Positions 1-6,786 of a DNA stretch of 10,125 nt are shown here, in pieces. Numbering within the stretch: the first letter of the stretch is position 1; every line of letters starts with the position of its first letter. The stretch comes from a virus. The stretch lies in the UHGV virus genome UHGV-0288291; one strand, given 5' to 3'. The translations under genes were made by a program, and so were the position numbers. Under the pieces are notes generated by a model. It ran no database searches. It was not told where the DNA came from and was given only the letters and a program-made list of their open reading frames with translations.

Positions 1-118
1 AACCGGGCGCGAAAGGTGTCGGCTCGTTGAAGGACGGCACCCACCAGTAAACATCCTCCTCCACGCCACGGCGGGTATATTTTGCCGGTGAGGTTTCCAG
101 TCTGATGATCTTACCGGT
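1..118 (-). repeat. Duplicated fragment of the portal-gene internal region (copy of 333..450)
   Basis: Read by eye, 1..118 is identical to 333..450. The minus-strand sense encodes ...TGKIIRLETSPAKYTRRGVEEDVYWWVPSFNEPTPFAPGS. The copy starts at the window edge and may extend further left. Confidence 0.7.
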
Positions 119-270
119 AACCTGTTTCTCTATGCCCCACAGGGGAAAGCCGACGGCATTAAAATTATCCCGCTCAGTGAAGTGGCGACGAAGGACGATT
201 TTTTTAATATCAAAAAAGCCAGCGCCGTTGACCTGCTGGATGCGCACCGCATCCCCTTTCAGTTGATGCT
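119..270 (+). repeat. Duplicated fragment of the portal-gene 3' region (copy of 659..810)
   Basis: 119..270 matches 659..810 with 3 mismatches (188 vs 728, 228 vs 768, 240 vs 780). It encodes NLFLYAPQGKADGIKIIPLSEVATKDDFFNIKKASA(V/A)DLLDAHRIPFQLM. Homology ends abruptly at 270/271. Confidence 0.7.
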
Positions 271-570
271 GAGATATTCCGGCAGGCCGTACAGCTCCTG
301 ATTAATATCCGGCTCCAGCAGGTGAAACACGGAACCGGGCGCGAAAGGTGTCGGCTCGTTGAAGGACGGCACCCACCAGTAAACATCCTCCTCCACGCCA
401 CGGCGGGTATATTTTGCCGGTGAGGTTTCCAGTCTGATGATCTTACCGGTGGTGCTGTAACGCTTTTCCAGAAACGCATTACCGAACACCAGAAAATCCA
501 GCACAAAGCGGCTGAAATCCTGTTGCGAAAGCCACGGATGCGGGATAAATGTCGAGGCCAGAATATTGAT
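271..570 (-). pseudogene. Q: Portal protein (gpQ-like) internal fragment, inverted relative to the 3' part of the same gene
   Basis: Clean minus-strand reading frame (part of track ORF 259..648) encoding INILASTFIPHPWLSQQDFSRFVLDFLVFGNAFLEKRYSTTGKIIRLETSPAKYTRRGVEEDVYWWVPSFNEPTPFAPGSVFHLLEPDINQELYGLPEYLS. It lies head-to-head with the plus-strand portal 3' part at about 570/571. The in-frame stop at 259-261 falls inside the adjacent duplicated segment. Confidence 0.6.
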
Positions 571-979
571 GTACGTCACCGATGCCGTGCAGGACCGCAA
601 CGATATCGAAATGCTTCGCGAAAACATGGTGAAGTCGAAAGGCCGCAATAACTTTAAAAACCTGTTTCTCTATGCCCCACAGGGGAAAGCCGACGGCATT
701 AAAATTATCCCGCTCAGTGAAGTGGCAACGAAGGACGATTTTTTTAATATCAAAAAAGCCAGCGCCGCTGACCTGCTGGACGCGCACCGCATCCCCTTTC
801 AGTTGATGGGCGGCAAGCCGGAGAACGTCGGGTCGCTGGGTGATATTGAGAAAGTGGCAAAGGTCTTTGTCCGCAATGAGCTTATCCCGCTACAGGACAG
901 GATCCGCGAGATAAACGGCTGGCTCGGTCAGGAGGTCATCCGCTTTAAAAACTACTCACTGGACACTGACAACGGCTGA
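569..979 (+). CDS. Q: Portal protein (gpQ-like) C-terminal portion, 136 codons; 5' part of the gene not colinear
   Basis: Track ORF 566..979 starts on a TTG; the first ATG is at 569. It is followed by an intrinsic terminator and then cos about 170 bp downstream, the position of Q in P2. The translation (MYVTDAVQDRNDIEMLRENMVKSKGRNNFKNLFLYAPQG...) matches my recollection of the P2 Q C-terminus; this needs alignment to confirm. Confidence 0.65.
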   Translation: MYVTDAVQDRNDIEMLRENMVKSKGRNNFKNLFLYAPQGKADGIKIIPLSEVATKDDFFNIKKASAADLLDAHRIPFQLMGGKPENVGSLGDIEKVAKVFVRNELIPLQDRIREINGWLGQEVIRFKNYSLDTDNG

Positions 980-984
980 ACATC

Positions 985-1006
985 GCCGCCTGCGGGCGGC
1001 TTTTTT
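985..1006 (+). terminator. Rho-independent terminator after the portal gene
   Basis: GCCGCC (985-990), loop TGCG, GGCGGC (995-1000), then TTTTTT (1001-1006), five bases after the stop codon at 977-979. Confidence 0.7.
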
Positions 1007-1148
1007 ACACCCCGCCATCACGCCCTCACACGCTCACCACCGCACAAAACAGCCCGCAGACACACCAACGCCCCGGCTAACAATCTAAACGCCATCACGA
1101 CGCGCTCAGACGCTGAAAAAATAAAATCAGCACCACCGCCAGCGCGCA

Positions 1149-1167
1149 GTGCTTTCCCCGCCTCGCC
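1149..1167. other. cos site: P2-type 19-nt cohesive-end sequence
   Basis: The plus strand reads GTGCTTTCCCCGCCTCGCC, the reverse complement of GGCGAGGCGGGGAAAGCAC, which I recall as the P2 cohesive end. It sits between the portal stop and the A-side variable locus, as in P2. Confidence 0.65.
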
Positions 1168-1451
1168 CGCCCGCTTCGTGGGGCGGTTTTAATGCAGTTG
1201 CATAGATACTATGGATCCGCACCAGTCCTGACCGCACGCAGCCTGAACGGACATCCCCAACGCATGCAAAAACATTCACTTGTTGCATGCATAGCTTTTT
1301 AAGTACGCCATACCGCAACTGTACATTTTTAAGCAATTGGCAACCTTAAAAAATTTACATTGCTTTCAAGACCTTATCATCCGTAGTCTCTGTTTTTTAC
1401 TTTGAGCTACATCAATAAAATCTCAAACATGTTTAATGCAAAGCCCTTGTT

Positions 1452-1505
1452 ACACAACATAGAATGTATGTCTAGAAACAACGACATACTATATGTTGTG
1501 TTTTT
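1452..1505 (+). other. Long imperfect hairpin followed by a T5 run (terminator- or attenuator-like RNA structure)
   Basis: ACACAACATA (1452-1461) pairs with TATGTTGTGT (1492-1501), and an inner TATGTC (1467-1472) pairs with GACATA (1483-1488). TTTTT follows at 1501-1505. The element is AT-rich. Confidence 0.4.
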
Positions 1506-1567
1506 CCGGCTCTCTGTTCGGTGATATGCCAAATCACTTTGCGTTTAAACAGAGCATTATTTCAGGG

Positions 1568-1582
1568 CAAGACTTCGCTCAA
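1568..1582 (+). repeat. 15-bp direct repeat CAAGACTTCGCTCAA, copy 1
   Basis: Exact 15-mer also present at 1832..1846. The two copies bracket the micro-ORF and its terminator. Confidence 0.5.
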
Positions 1583-1645
1583 AAGTCATTCCACCTAAGA
1601 AGCGCATATACCGGTGGAAGTTGCCCTCTACTTACAGGAGGCAAT

Positions 1646-1759
1646 ATGAAGAAATGCTATTACTGCATTCTCGTTCTGGCCCTCTTTGGCTATCCAAACG
1701 GTAGTCCGAGTGGTTTGTCAGTAAACGTCAGTAATATCAATGTCAGCATTATGCTTTAA
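1646..1759 (+). CDS. Hypothetical 37-aa hydrophobic peptide (MKKCYYCILVLALFGYPNGSPSGLSVNVSNINVSIML) in the cos-A variable locus
   Basis: Consensus Shine-Dalgarno AGGAGG (1636-1641) 4 nt before the ATG at 1646; a strong intrinsic terminator follows immediately. N-terminal hydrophobic stretch. Convergent with gene A. The track's 88-aa version starts inside a hairpin with no SD. Confidence 0.4.
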   Translation: MKKCYYCILVLALFGYPNGSPSGLSVNVSNINVSIML

Positions 1760-1771
1760 TATGCTTCAAAC

Positions 1772-1801
1772 AAAAAAACCACCTGCCAGGGTGGTTTTTT
1801 T
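1772..1801. terminator. Bidirectional rho-independent terminator
   Basis: AAAAAAA, ACCACC, TGCCAG, GGTGGT, TTTTTTT. The A-tract upstream and T-tract downstream let it serve both the plus-strand micro-ORF and the minus-strand A operon. Confidence 0.7.
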
Positions 1802-1831
1802 GCGCCCATCATCAATACGATGAAAGACTGA

Positions 1832-1846
1832 CAAGACTTCGCTCAA
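1832..1846 (+). repeat. 15-bp direct repeat CAAGACTTCGCTCAA, copy 2
   Basis: Exact match to 1568..1582. Confidence 0.5.
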
Positions 1847-2061
1847 GACGAATTATGCGTCGACATAAGGTTACCCGCAATGATTTTATTAGACTAAATG
1901 GATGGCCTTTTATGACCCGGATCAAACGGCTGTCCTTACCGACATGCTAGTCACTCAATAGCATTTAGCCTTCTAATTCAGCATGCTATTGACCTTCTGC
2001 TGCCCCATAACTGCTCCGCATAAGCCATTCAATGCCATATCAAATCACGTTGTGTTTTTAC

Positions 2062-4338
2062 TCAAATGGGTAACGAGAACCCCGGCCACTCATCAGCAAC
2101 CGGATACGTGAATTTTTTCCCGTCATAATTTACGGTCGCGCCACGCGCCAGCGCCTCAAGCTCCCATCGTTGCGGCCTGATACCGTTCTGAGCGAGGTCA
2201 ACGCGGATACGGGTAATTTGCAATCGTTCAGACCTGGTCAGTCTGGCAGATGGTGCAATTTCATGCGGTTTTAACGGGATTCCGTTTCTTTGCTGACGAT
2301 TTGGTGTTCTCAGTCCGTGTTTTAATGCGCCCCTGAGCGCCATCACGACCTCCGGGTCACTCCATTCGATAACACCGTCATCTACCAGATTAAGCACTGC
2401 TGCGGCGTGCTCAGAAGGTGTGGGAGCCGGTAACGAAGTATCACCACCGGTGAGCTTTCCACAGTTATTGACAGGACTCCGAGGCGCGGCGATGCCGCTT
2501 TTTAAAGTCAAAGGCTCAACGACCGGAACTTTCGGCACAATGCGCCAGTCCGTCGTTCTGGTGATATGAATATGACGCGCGCCGAGATGCGGCGCGTAAA
2601 TGCCGACCACTCTCTCGACTTCTTCCTCGTACTCGTTAACGTCATCCGACAGACTACGGGCGACCCTGACAGTCTGACAATCGCGCGGGACATTTGCCCC
2701 GCCCTGCGCGCTGATATACAGCGCAAAATCACCACTGTCTGCGGCGGCGCGTGCAGCCTCGACGCGCTCGTCAAACTCATCAGCAATGCTGACGCCGCGA
2801 GGCAATTTGCGTAGTTCACGGTAAGCCCCCATTGTCGGCAGGCCAACCGTTTTAAATTGCGGAATGCGCCACGTTGACGCCCATGCGGTAACAGCCGCTG
2901 CAGTGTCTTTCAGCGGCCTGCCGGTGTCGTTATCGAGCTGACCATCCAGTGCATAGCCGTCGATGTTTTTTGAAATGTATTTCGCGATATATCCCGCAGC
3001 ACCGCCCCGGTTAAGGTGTTTTGCCTGAAAACGGTTTCGCGCGGCTCCTCTTTCGTCGCCATCCTCTTTGAGCGCATAGCGACGCATGATTTCGATAATC
3101 TGGTTACGCTGGCGTGGATGACAAAAAAGCATCATATGCCAGTGCGGCGTTCCGTCGTGGTGTGGCTCGACGACTCGCAAACCGTAGACCTGTAAATCAT
3201 TATCCTTGAATGCCGTGCGCATCAGGCTCCAGATACGGCAGAGATAACGCTGCGCATCCTTTGGATTAAATGCCTCATCGTTCCAGCCGTGATTAAGCTG
3301 AACGGTTTTACTTTCGCCTTTTCCGACCTGACGTGTCGGGTGATACTTTGACGGCGCGGTCAGCGTGATAAACATCCCCACATCACCCTCTGCGGCGGCG
3401 TAACGCTCAATACCGGCAATGGTGTTCATCAGCTCCATCCGGCGAATTTCAGGATTAGAAATACTGCCCATCACCTTACTGATAAGGTCGATGCGCTCGC
3501 CGGTTTCCCTGTTTTCAAGGTCACACGATTTAAGAAATTCCAGATTTGCCTGGCGGCGCGCACGCACATCACGAATGGCGTGTTTACTGGCATAAGGAGA
3601 ACGGTCTTTATTGACCTCCCCGACAGCTATCAGTAACGCCTCATGCCAGCGCATACGCTGGCCTTTAAGCTGACTAATCCACCACTCATCGTTAAACAGG
3701 CGGGCAATGGCAGAATATGCCTGCCTCGTGGTCATCTGTCCTTTACGGTATTTTTTCCAGTAGAGCGGGGAAATATTGAAAGCACGTGCAGCGCCAGCAA
3801 CATGACCATACAGGTGAGCCTGCGCCTCATCCGTAAACAGCGATTCTTTTTCACCATGCGCATCAACCCATGCATCGCAGAGTTCCTCATACATCATGAA
3901 AAGCTGCGATGAGATACGGGCGGCAAACTTTTTCAGCTCCTTGTCATTCATTCCCGGCAGGCGCGCATAGTGGTCACGCTCTGCCAGAAACAGCAACGAC
4001 GCGTCGGTGTTCATTTCATGGCGCTGATTCACACGCTCAATGCGCGGCCATAAACGACGCTGAAAAGTAGATGTGAGGAAATAAAACCCGTGCACCGGGC
4101 TTTTATTGCGCCGGATGTAGTCATAGCGTGAAGTAAACAGCGAGCGCAAAAAGTAAGGCAGGCGGTTAATCGTGGATAAAACACCTTGCACCTGACGCAT
4201 CTCGTCACGTGTAAGAGGTCTTTCGCGCCCGACAGCCTCGCGTGGCGCGTTCCATGCATAAGCACCGGTAAACGCCTTACCGGTGCCTGCGGTAAATGCT
4301 GACGGAGGGACAAAACGCCCGGAGGCTTTAACGGCCAT
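2062..4338 (-). CDS. A: Rolling-circle replication initiator (P2 gpA-like HUH endonuclease)
   Basis: 758-aa product. The first ATG is at 4338; the track start at 4380 is a TTG. HUH motif HWHMM is encoded at 3130-3144. The GYIAKYIS tyrosine pair (Y-x3-Y) is encoded at 2971-3000, typical of phiX174/P2-type initiators. Its start overlaps the end of the upstream small ORF. Confidence 0.9.
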   Translation of the reverse strand: MAVKASGRFVPPSAFTAGTGKAFTGAYAWNAPREAVGRERPLTRDEMRQVQGVLSTINRLPYFLRSLFTSRYDYIRRNKSPVHGFYFLTSTFQRRLWPRIERVNQRHEMNTDASLLFLAERDHYARLPGMNDKELKKFAARISSQLFMMYEELCDAWVDAHGEKESLFTDEAQAHLYGHVAGAARAFNISPLYWKKYRKGQMTTRQAYSAIARLFNDEWWISQLKGQRMRWHEALLIAVGEVNKDRSPYASKHAIRDVRARRQANLEFLKSCDLENRETGERIDLISKVMGSISNPEIRRMELMNTIAGIERYAAAEGDVGMFITLTAPSKYHPTRQVGKGESKTVQLNHGWNDEAFNPKDAQRYLCRIWSLMRTAFKDNDLQVYGLRVVEPHHDGTPHWHMMLFCHPRQRNQIIEIMRRYALKEDGDERGAARNRFQAKHLNRGGAAGYIAKYISKNIDGYALDGQLDNDTGRPLKDTAAAVTAWASTWRIPQFKTVGLPTMGAYRELRKLPRGVSIADEFDERVEAARAAADSGDFALYISAQGGANVPRDCQTVRVARSLSDDVNEYEEEVERVVGIYAPHLGARHIHITRTTDWRIVPKVPVVEPLTLKSGIAAPRSPVNNCGKLTGGDTSLPAPTPSEHAAAVLNLVDDGVIEWSDPEVVMALRGALKHGLRTPNRQQRNGIPLKPHEIAPSARLTRSERLQITRIRVDLAQNGIRPQRWELEALARGATVNYDGKKFTYPVADEWPGFSLPI
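2468..2487 (-). promoter_or_regulatory. Candidate replication origin / A-protein nick region inside gene A
   Basis: The plus strand reads TTGACAGGACTCCGAGGCGC, the reverse complement of GCGCCTCGGAGTCCTGTCAA, which I recall as part of the P2 ori nick region located within the A coding sequence. This is recollection only and needs alignment. Confidence 0.35.
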
Positions 4339-4603
4339 ATGAGCCAAAAGCCTCTGAACAACGCTTGCTGAGTTGCTCAACCTGCGCGTTTAAATCAGCA
4401 AAAGATTTTGCGCTTCCGGTCAGAATATCGTGATGCATCAGGCCGGAAACGAGCTGGCCTAATTTCGGGTAATAACCAACCACCGCCAGCCATTCCTGAC
4501 CGGCGTTTTTACCGCTTTCCGCTCTCTTTTTCTCGTGGAGAATAAACTGAAAGCTGTCACTGGTAACGACATAACGTTTGCCAATTTCAATACGAATACT
4601 CAT
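4328..4603 (-). CDS. Hypothetical protein (P2 orf83 position), 91 aa
   Basis: ATG at 4603 overlaps the upstream stop (ATGA); SD-like GGAGAA upstream. Immediately precedes A. Confidence 0.6.
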   Translation of the reverse strand: MSIRIEIGKRYVVTSDSFQFILHEKKRAESGKNAGQEWLAVVGYYPKLGQLVSGLMHHDILTGSAKSFADLNAQVEQLSKRCSEAFGSYGR

Positions 4604-4824
4604 GCCGTTCTCCGGTAATGTTTGTTTTTTGCTTCAAAGACTGACTGACAGGAAACACAACGCGTGGCTGACGGATAAGCCGCACGACGGGCAGCAGGTA
4701 TTGGCGCGTCACACTCTTCGCAAACCAGCGCAGAAACACCGCAATGTTTTACCCTTGCCGCGTTAATCTGGCGCTCCAGTAATTCAGCCTGTTGTTCCTG
4801 AATGAAATCTACGTTGTCCGGCAT
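4600..4824 (-). CDS. Small C4 zinc-finger protein, TraR/DksA-like (P2 orf82 position), 74 aa
   Basis: CEEC...(about 20 aa)...CVSC motif. Start ATG overlaps the upstream stop (TAATG). Confidence 0.6.
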   Translation of the reverse strand: MPDNVDFIQEQQAELLERQINAARVKHCGVSALVCEECDAPIPAARRAAYPSATRCVSCQSVFEAKNKHYRRTA

Positions 4825-5126
4825 TACCAGTTCCTTTTGTCGTTCAGTTTCTTAAATTCATCAGCGCAATAGCTGGCGAGTTCTGTCGTTAATTTTGTCA
4901 GTTCATCCACTGAGGAAATTTGCCTGTGAAATACAGCGCGTTTTACAAGTAAATTGATCACATCAGACAGGAGGTTTAATTCGCTCTGATAAATCGCGAT
5001 AACAGATTCAGTTATGTCGCGCTTTTCTTTATCAAGACCAAGTTGAATAAGAGACAAATCGCCATTTTCCATAACAGCGATTTTTAAGGCGTTATTCAGT
5101 AATACAACCGAACGAGAACAGGACAT
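4824..5126 (-). CDS. Hypothetical protein (P2 orf81 position), 100 aa
   Basis: The track start at 5129 is a TTG; the first ATG is at 5126 and overlaps the upstream stop (TGATG). GGAGG lies 8 nt upstream. Confidence 0.6.
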   Translation of the reverse strand: MSCSRSVVLLNNALKIAVMENGDLSLIQLGLDKEKRDITESVIAIYQSELNLLSDVINLLVKRAVFHRQISSVDELTKLTTELASYCADEFKKLNDKRNW

Positions 5127-5350
5127 CAAAGCACCTCCCCGCGAGACAATCCGATATTGTGAAATTTTTCCGACTCCTGACTGAGCAGCTCAACTATCTC
5201 CACGCGGGATAACTCCGCCTTTGTGATGTGGCGAATCATGGCGTCAAGATGAGAAGAAAAGCGCGTCGCAGCGTCGGCCTGTGCTTCGGTTCTGGCCTGT
5301 TGCAGCAGTAATGCGTATTTACCGCACTGATTTTCAGAAACTGTATGCAT
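5126..5350 (-). CDS. Hypothetical protein (P2 orf80 position), 74 aa
   Basis: ATG at 5350 with GGAGA 7 nt upstream; its stop overlaps the next start. Confidence 0.6.
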   Translation of the reverse strand: MHTVSENQCGKYALLLQQARTEAQADAATRFSSHLDAMIRHITKAELSRVEIVELLSQESEKFHNIGLSRGEVL

Positions 5351-5413
5351 GACTTTCTCCAGGCAAAAAGAAGCCCCGCACGATTAAGTGCGTTAAAAAC
5401 TCTGGTTAATTAT

Positions 5414-5914
5414 TTAATGCAGATATTGCTCTGGTTTTACCGACGTCAGAATTGTCGGTGCATACTCAAAAAGACTGAATAATTCACGTAATGCACGGAA
5501 TAAAGCATCACGCCAGTAACATGATTCTTCATTAATTCGCCAGTACGGCTGATTGAATTCTTTTTCTGTCAATCCCGCATGCATAAATAAAGTACGACGC
5601 TGACTGACTGTTAAAAAACTAATATATGCATACTCACTTGCGCCGACCTGACGGCGTTTTGAGAATGCGCCACGCAATTCATCAATTGCACAAACCAGTC
5701 GTTCACGTTCGACGTCGTTCATTTCTTCAAAACGCATCGTTGCGTGACGCTGTTTTAACTGTGCATGAAAGCAAACCGTTAGCCGTTCGCGCTCCATCAT
5801 CTGATTATAATAATCACATGTATCCTGCCAGCGAGGGACGGCAAGATGCTTGCCAATTATCCGGCGCATAGCTGCTGGCTGTTTTTCAACGAGATTGAGC
5901 GTCATCACTGTCAT
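5414..5914 (-). CDS. B: Replication protein B (P2 gpB-like helicase-loader accessory), 166 aa
   Basis: The ATG at 5914 is preferred over the track start at 5920: GGAGGG is spaced correctly for 5914, and it forms an ATGA overlap with the upstream ORF stop. Position between cox and A matches P2. Confidence 0.8.
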   Translation of the reverse strand: MTVMTLNLVEKQPAAMRRIIGKHLAVPRWQDTCDYYNQMMERERLTVCFHAQLKQRHATMRFEEMNDVERERLVCAIDELRGAFSKRRQVGASEYAYISFLTVSQRRTLFMHAGLTEKEFNQPYWRINEESCYWRDALFRALRELFSLFEYAPTILTSVKPEQYLH

Positions 5915-6081
5915 TTCCATACCCTCCGGCTTTTCAGAAAGGTCAGAGCCTTTTTTAACGGACTCTGTTTTTTGGTGCGGATAATGATTCCCTTACGCCC
6001 CTTACCGTGGGTGATGGTGAAGTCAATCGCCCTGGGGCTTTCGTTACGCAATAACTGAGCAATACAACGCGGCTCATTCAT
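5911..6081 (-). CDS. Small hypothetical protein between cox and B (P2 orf78 position), 56 aa
   Basis: The ATG at 6081 lies 2 nt after the cox stop (TGATTATG) and has a GGGG SD-like element. The track start at 6108 lies inside cox and has no SD. Confidence 0.5.
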   Translation of the reverse strand: MNEPRCIAQLLRNESPRAIDFTITHGKGRKGIIIRTKKQSPLKKALTFLKSRRVWK

Positions 6082-6083
6082 AA

Positions 6084-6371
6084 TCACAACCCCATCCACA
6101 AAAGCCATGCATCACGCTGTTCAACCGGTCGGTTATAAAACGCCTCACGTACAGCGCGATTAAACTCAGGAATGAAAACCCATTTTTCACCGGCACGAGC
6201 CTTCGGTTTGCAAGGATCACGCAATTCAATAATTGGTAATTTATTTGCCTTCACCATTTCACTGACGGCTGTCTTTGGCTTCCCTAATAAATCAGCAAAT
6301 TTATCCACATGAACCGCATCAAGCGGATACTGAATCACATAATTTTCAGCGTCCATATATGGTACCCTCAT
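6084..6371 (-). CDS. cox: Cox-like excisionase / early repressor of the lysogenic promoter
   Basis: First gene of the early operon, divergent from C. C-terminal ...RDAWLLWMGL resembles the P2 Cox C-terminus as I recall it. Alternative start at 6356 (MDAENYV..., 90 aa) has an AGGG at reasonable spacing. Confidence 0.7.
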   Translation of the reverse strand: MRVPYMDAENYVIQYPLDAVHVDKFADLLGKPKTAVSEMVKANKLPIIELRDPCKPKARAGEKWVFIPEFNRAVREAFYNRPVEQRDAWLLWMGL

Positions 6372-6492
6372 AGGATCCAGCCCTTTCTAAACCACTCAAA
6401 ACCGTTTAGATGCTGGTTTATTCTCAAATCAATGGAACCTATATAGGTTCCAGTTTTGAGGGAATTTAGTCCCTATATAGGCACCATGTCAA
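6372..6492. promoter_or_regulatory. C/cox immunity switch region with palindromic operator-like repeats
   Basis: Perfect 18-bp palindrome GGAACCTATATAGGTTCC (6434-6451); related CCCTATATAGG (6471-6481) about 34 bp away; degenerate CCCTCATAGG (6365-6374). Also an inverted pair TCAAAAC (6397-6403) / GTTTTGA (6454-6460). Confidence 0.6.
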
Positions 6493-6786
6493 ATGAAATT
6501 AAGCGAAAAGATTAAGGCCTTGCGTGAGGCTGAAGGGCTAAGCCAATCAAAATTCTGTGAAATCATAGAGTTACCGCTAAGCACACTTAAAAAATATGAA
6601 GGAGGAAACTTTGAACCCGGTGGCACAGCTTTGCTAAAAATCACTATGCATCCCACATTCCAAAAATATGCTCTATGGCTTATGACAGATAAAACCGCGC
6701 CGGACGCAGGACAAATCGCACCGGCTCTCGCGCACATTGGGCCAGAGTCAACAGAGTCCAACCACTCCGCGAAAAGGATTGGCTAA
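6493..6786 (+). CDS. C: Immunity repressor C (P2 C-like, HTH), 97 aa
   Basis: Located directly upstream of int on the same strand. ...GQIAPALAH... matches my recollection of the P2 C repressor C-terminal region. The ATG at 6486 is out of frame and hits a stop. Confidence 0.8.
   Translation: MKLSEKIKALREAEGLSQSKFCEIIELPLSTLKKYEGGNFEPGGTALLKITMHPTFQKYALWLMTDKTAPDAGQIAPALAHIGPESTESNHSAKRIG

Noticed and set aside
210-787. Track ORFs 210..506 (-) and 479..787 (-)
   Set aside because: They are alternative or antisense frames over the portal fragments. Their translations are low-complexity and R/S/C-rich, and the better-supported portal frames already account for the DNA.
1127-1336. 69-aa minus-strand ORF spanning the cos site
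   Set aside because: It runs straight across the 19-nt cos sequence and GC-rich packaging region, has no SD, and gives an Arg/Gly-rich translation; most likely a chance ORF.
1493-1759. 88-aa version of the small ORF starting at 1493
   Set aside because: The ATG at 1493 lies inside the 3' arm of the long hairpin and has no ribosome-binding site. The internal ATG at 1646 has a consensus AGGAGG, so only the 37-codon version is reported.
1855-1950. 31-codon basic micro-ORF (MRRHKVTRNDFIRLNGWPFMTRIKRLSLPTC)
   Set aside because: Weak SD and no other support. It lies in the untranslated tail downstream of A on the opposite strand and cannot be distinguished from chance.
2508-4361. Track ORFs nested in or antisense to gene A (2508..2846 -, 2566..2814 +, 3643..3912 +, 4029..4361 -)
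   Set aside because: They are entirely contained within the 758-codon A gene in other frames, with no independent start signals.
4578-6058. Plus-strand track ORFs antisense to the early operon (4578..4766, 5626..5871, 5846..6058)
   Set aside because: Antisense to tightly coupled minus-strand genes, with no SD.
6361-6379. GGTACC and GGATCC restriction-site palindromes near the cox start as possible cloning scars
   Set aside because: They are short 6-bp palindromes in native-looking context overlapping the cox start codon and an operator-like repeat; there is no vector-like sequence around them.
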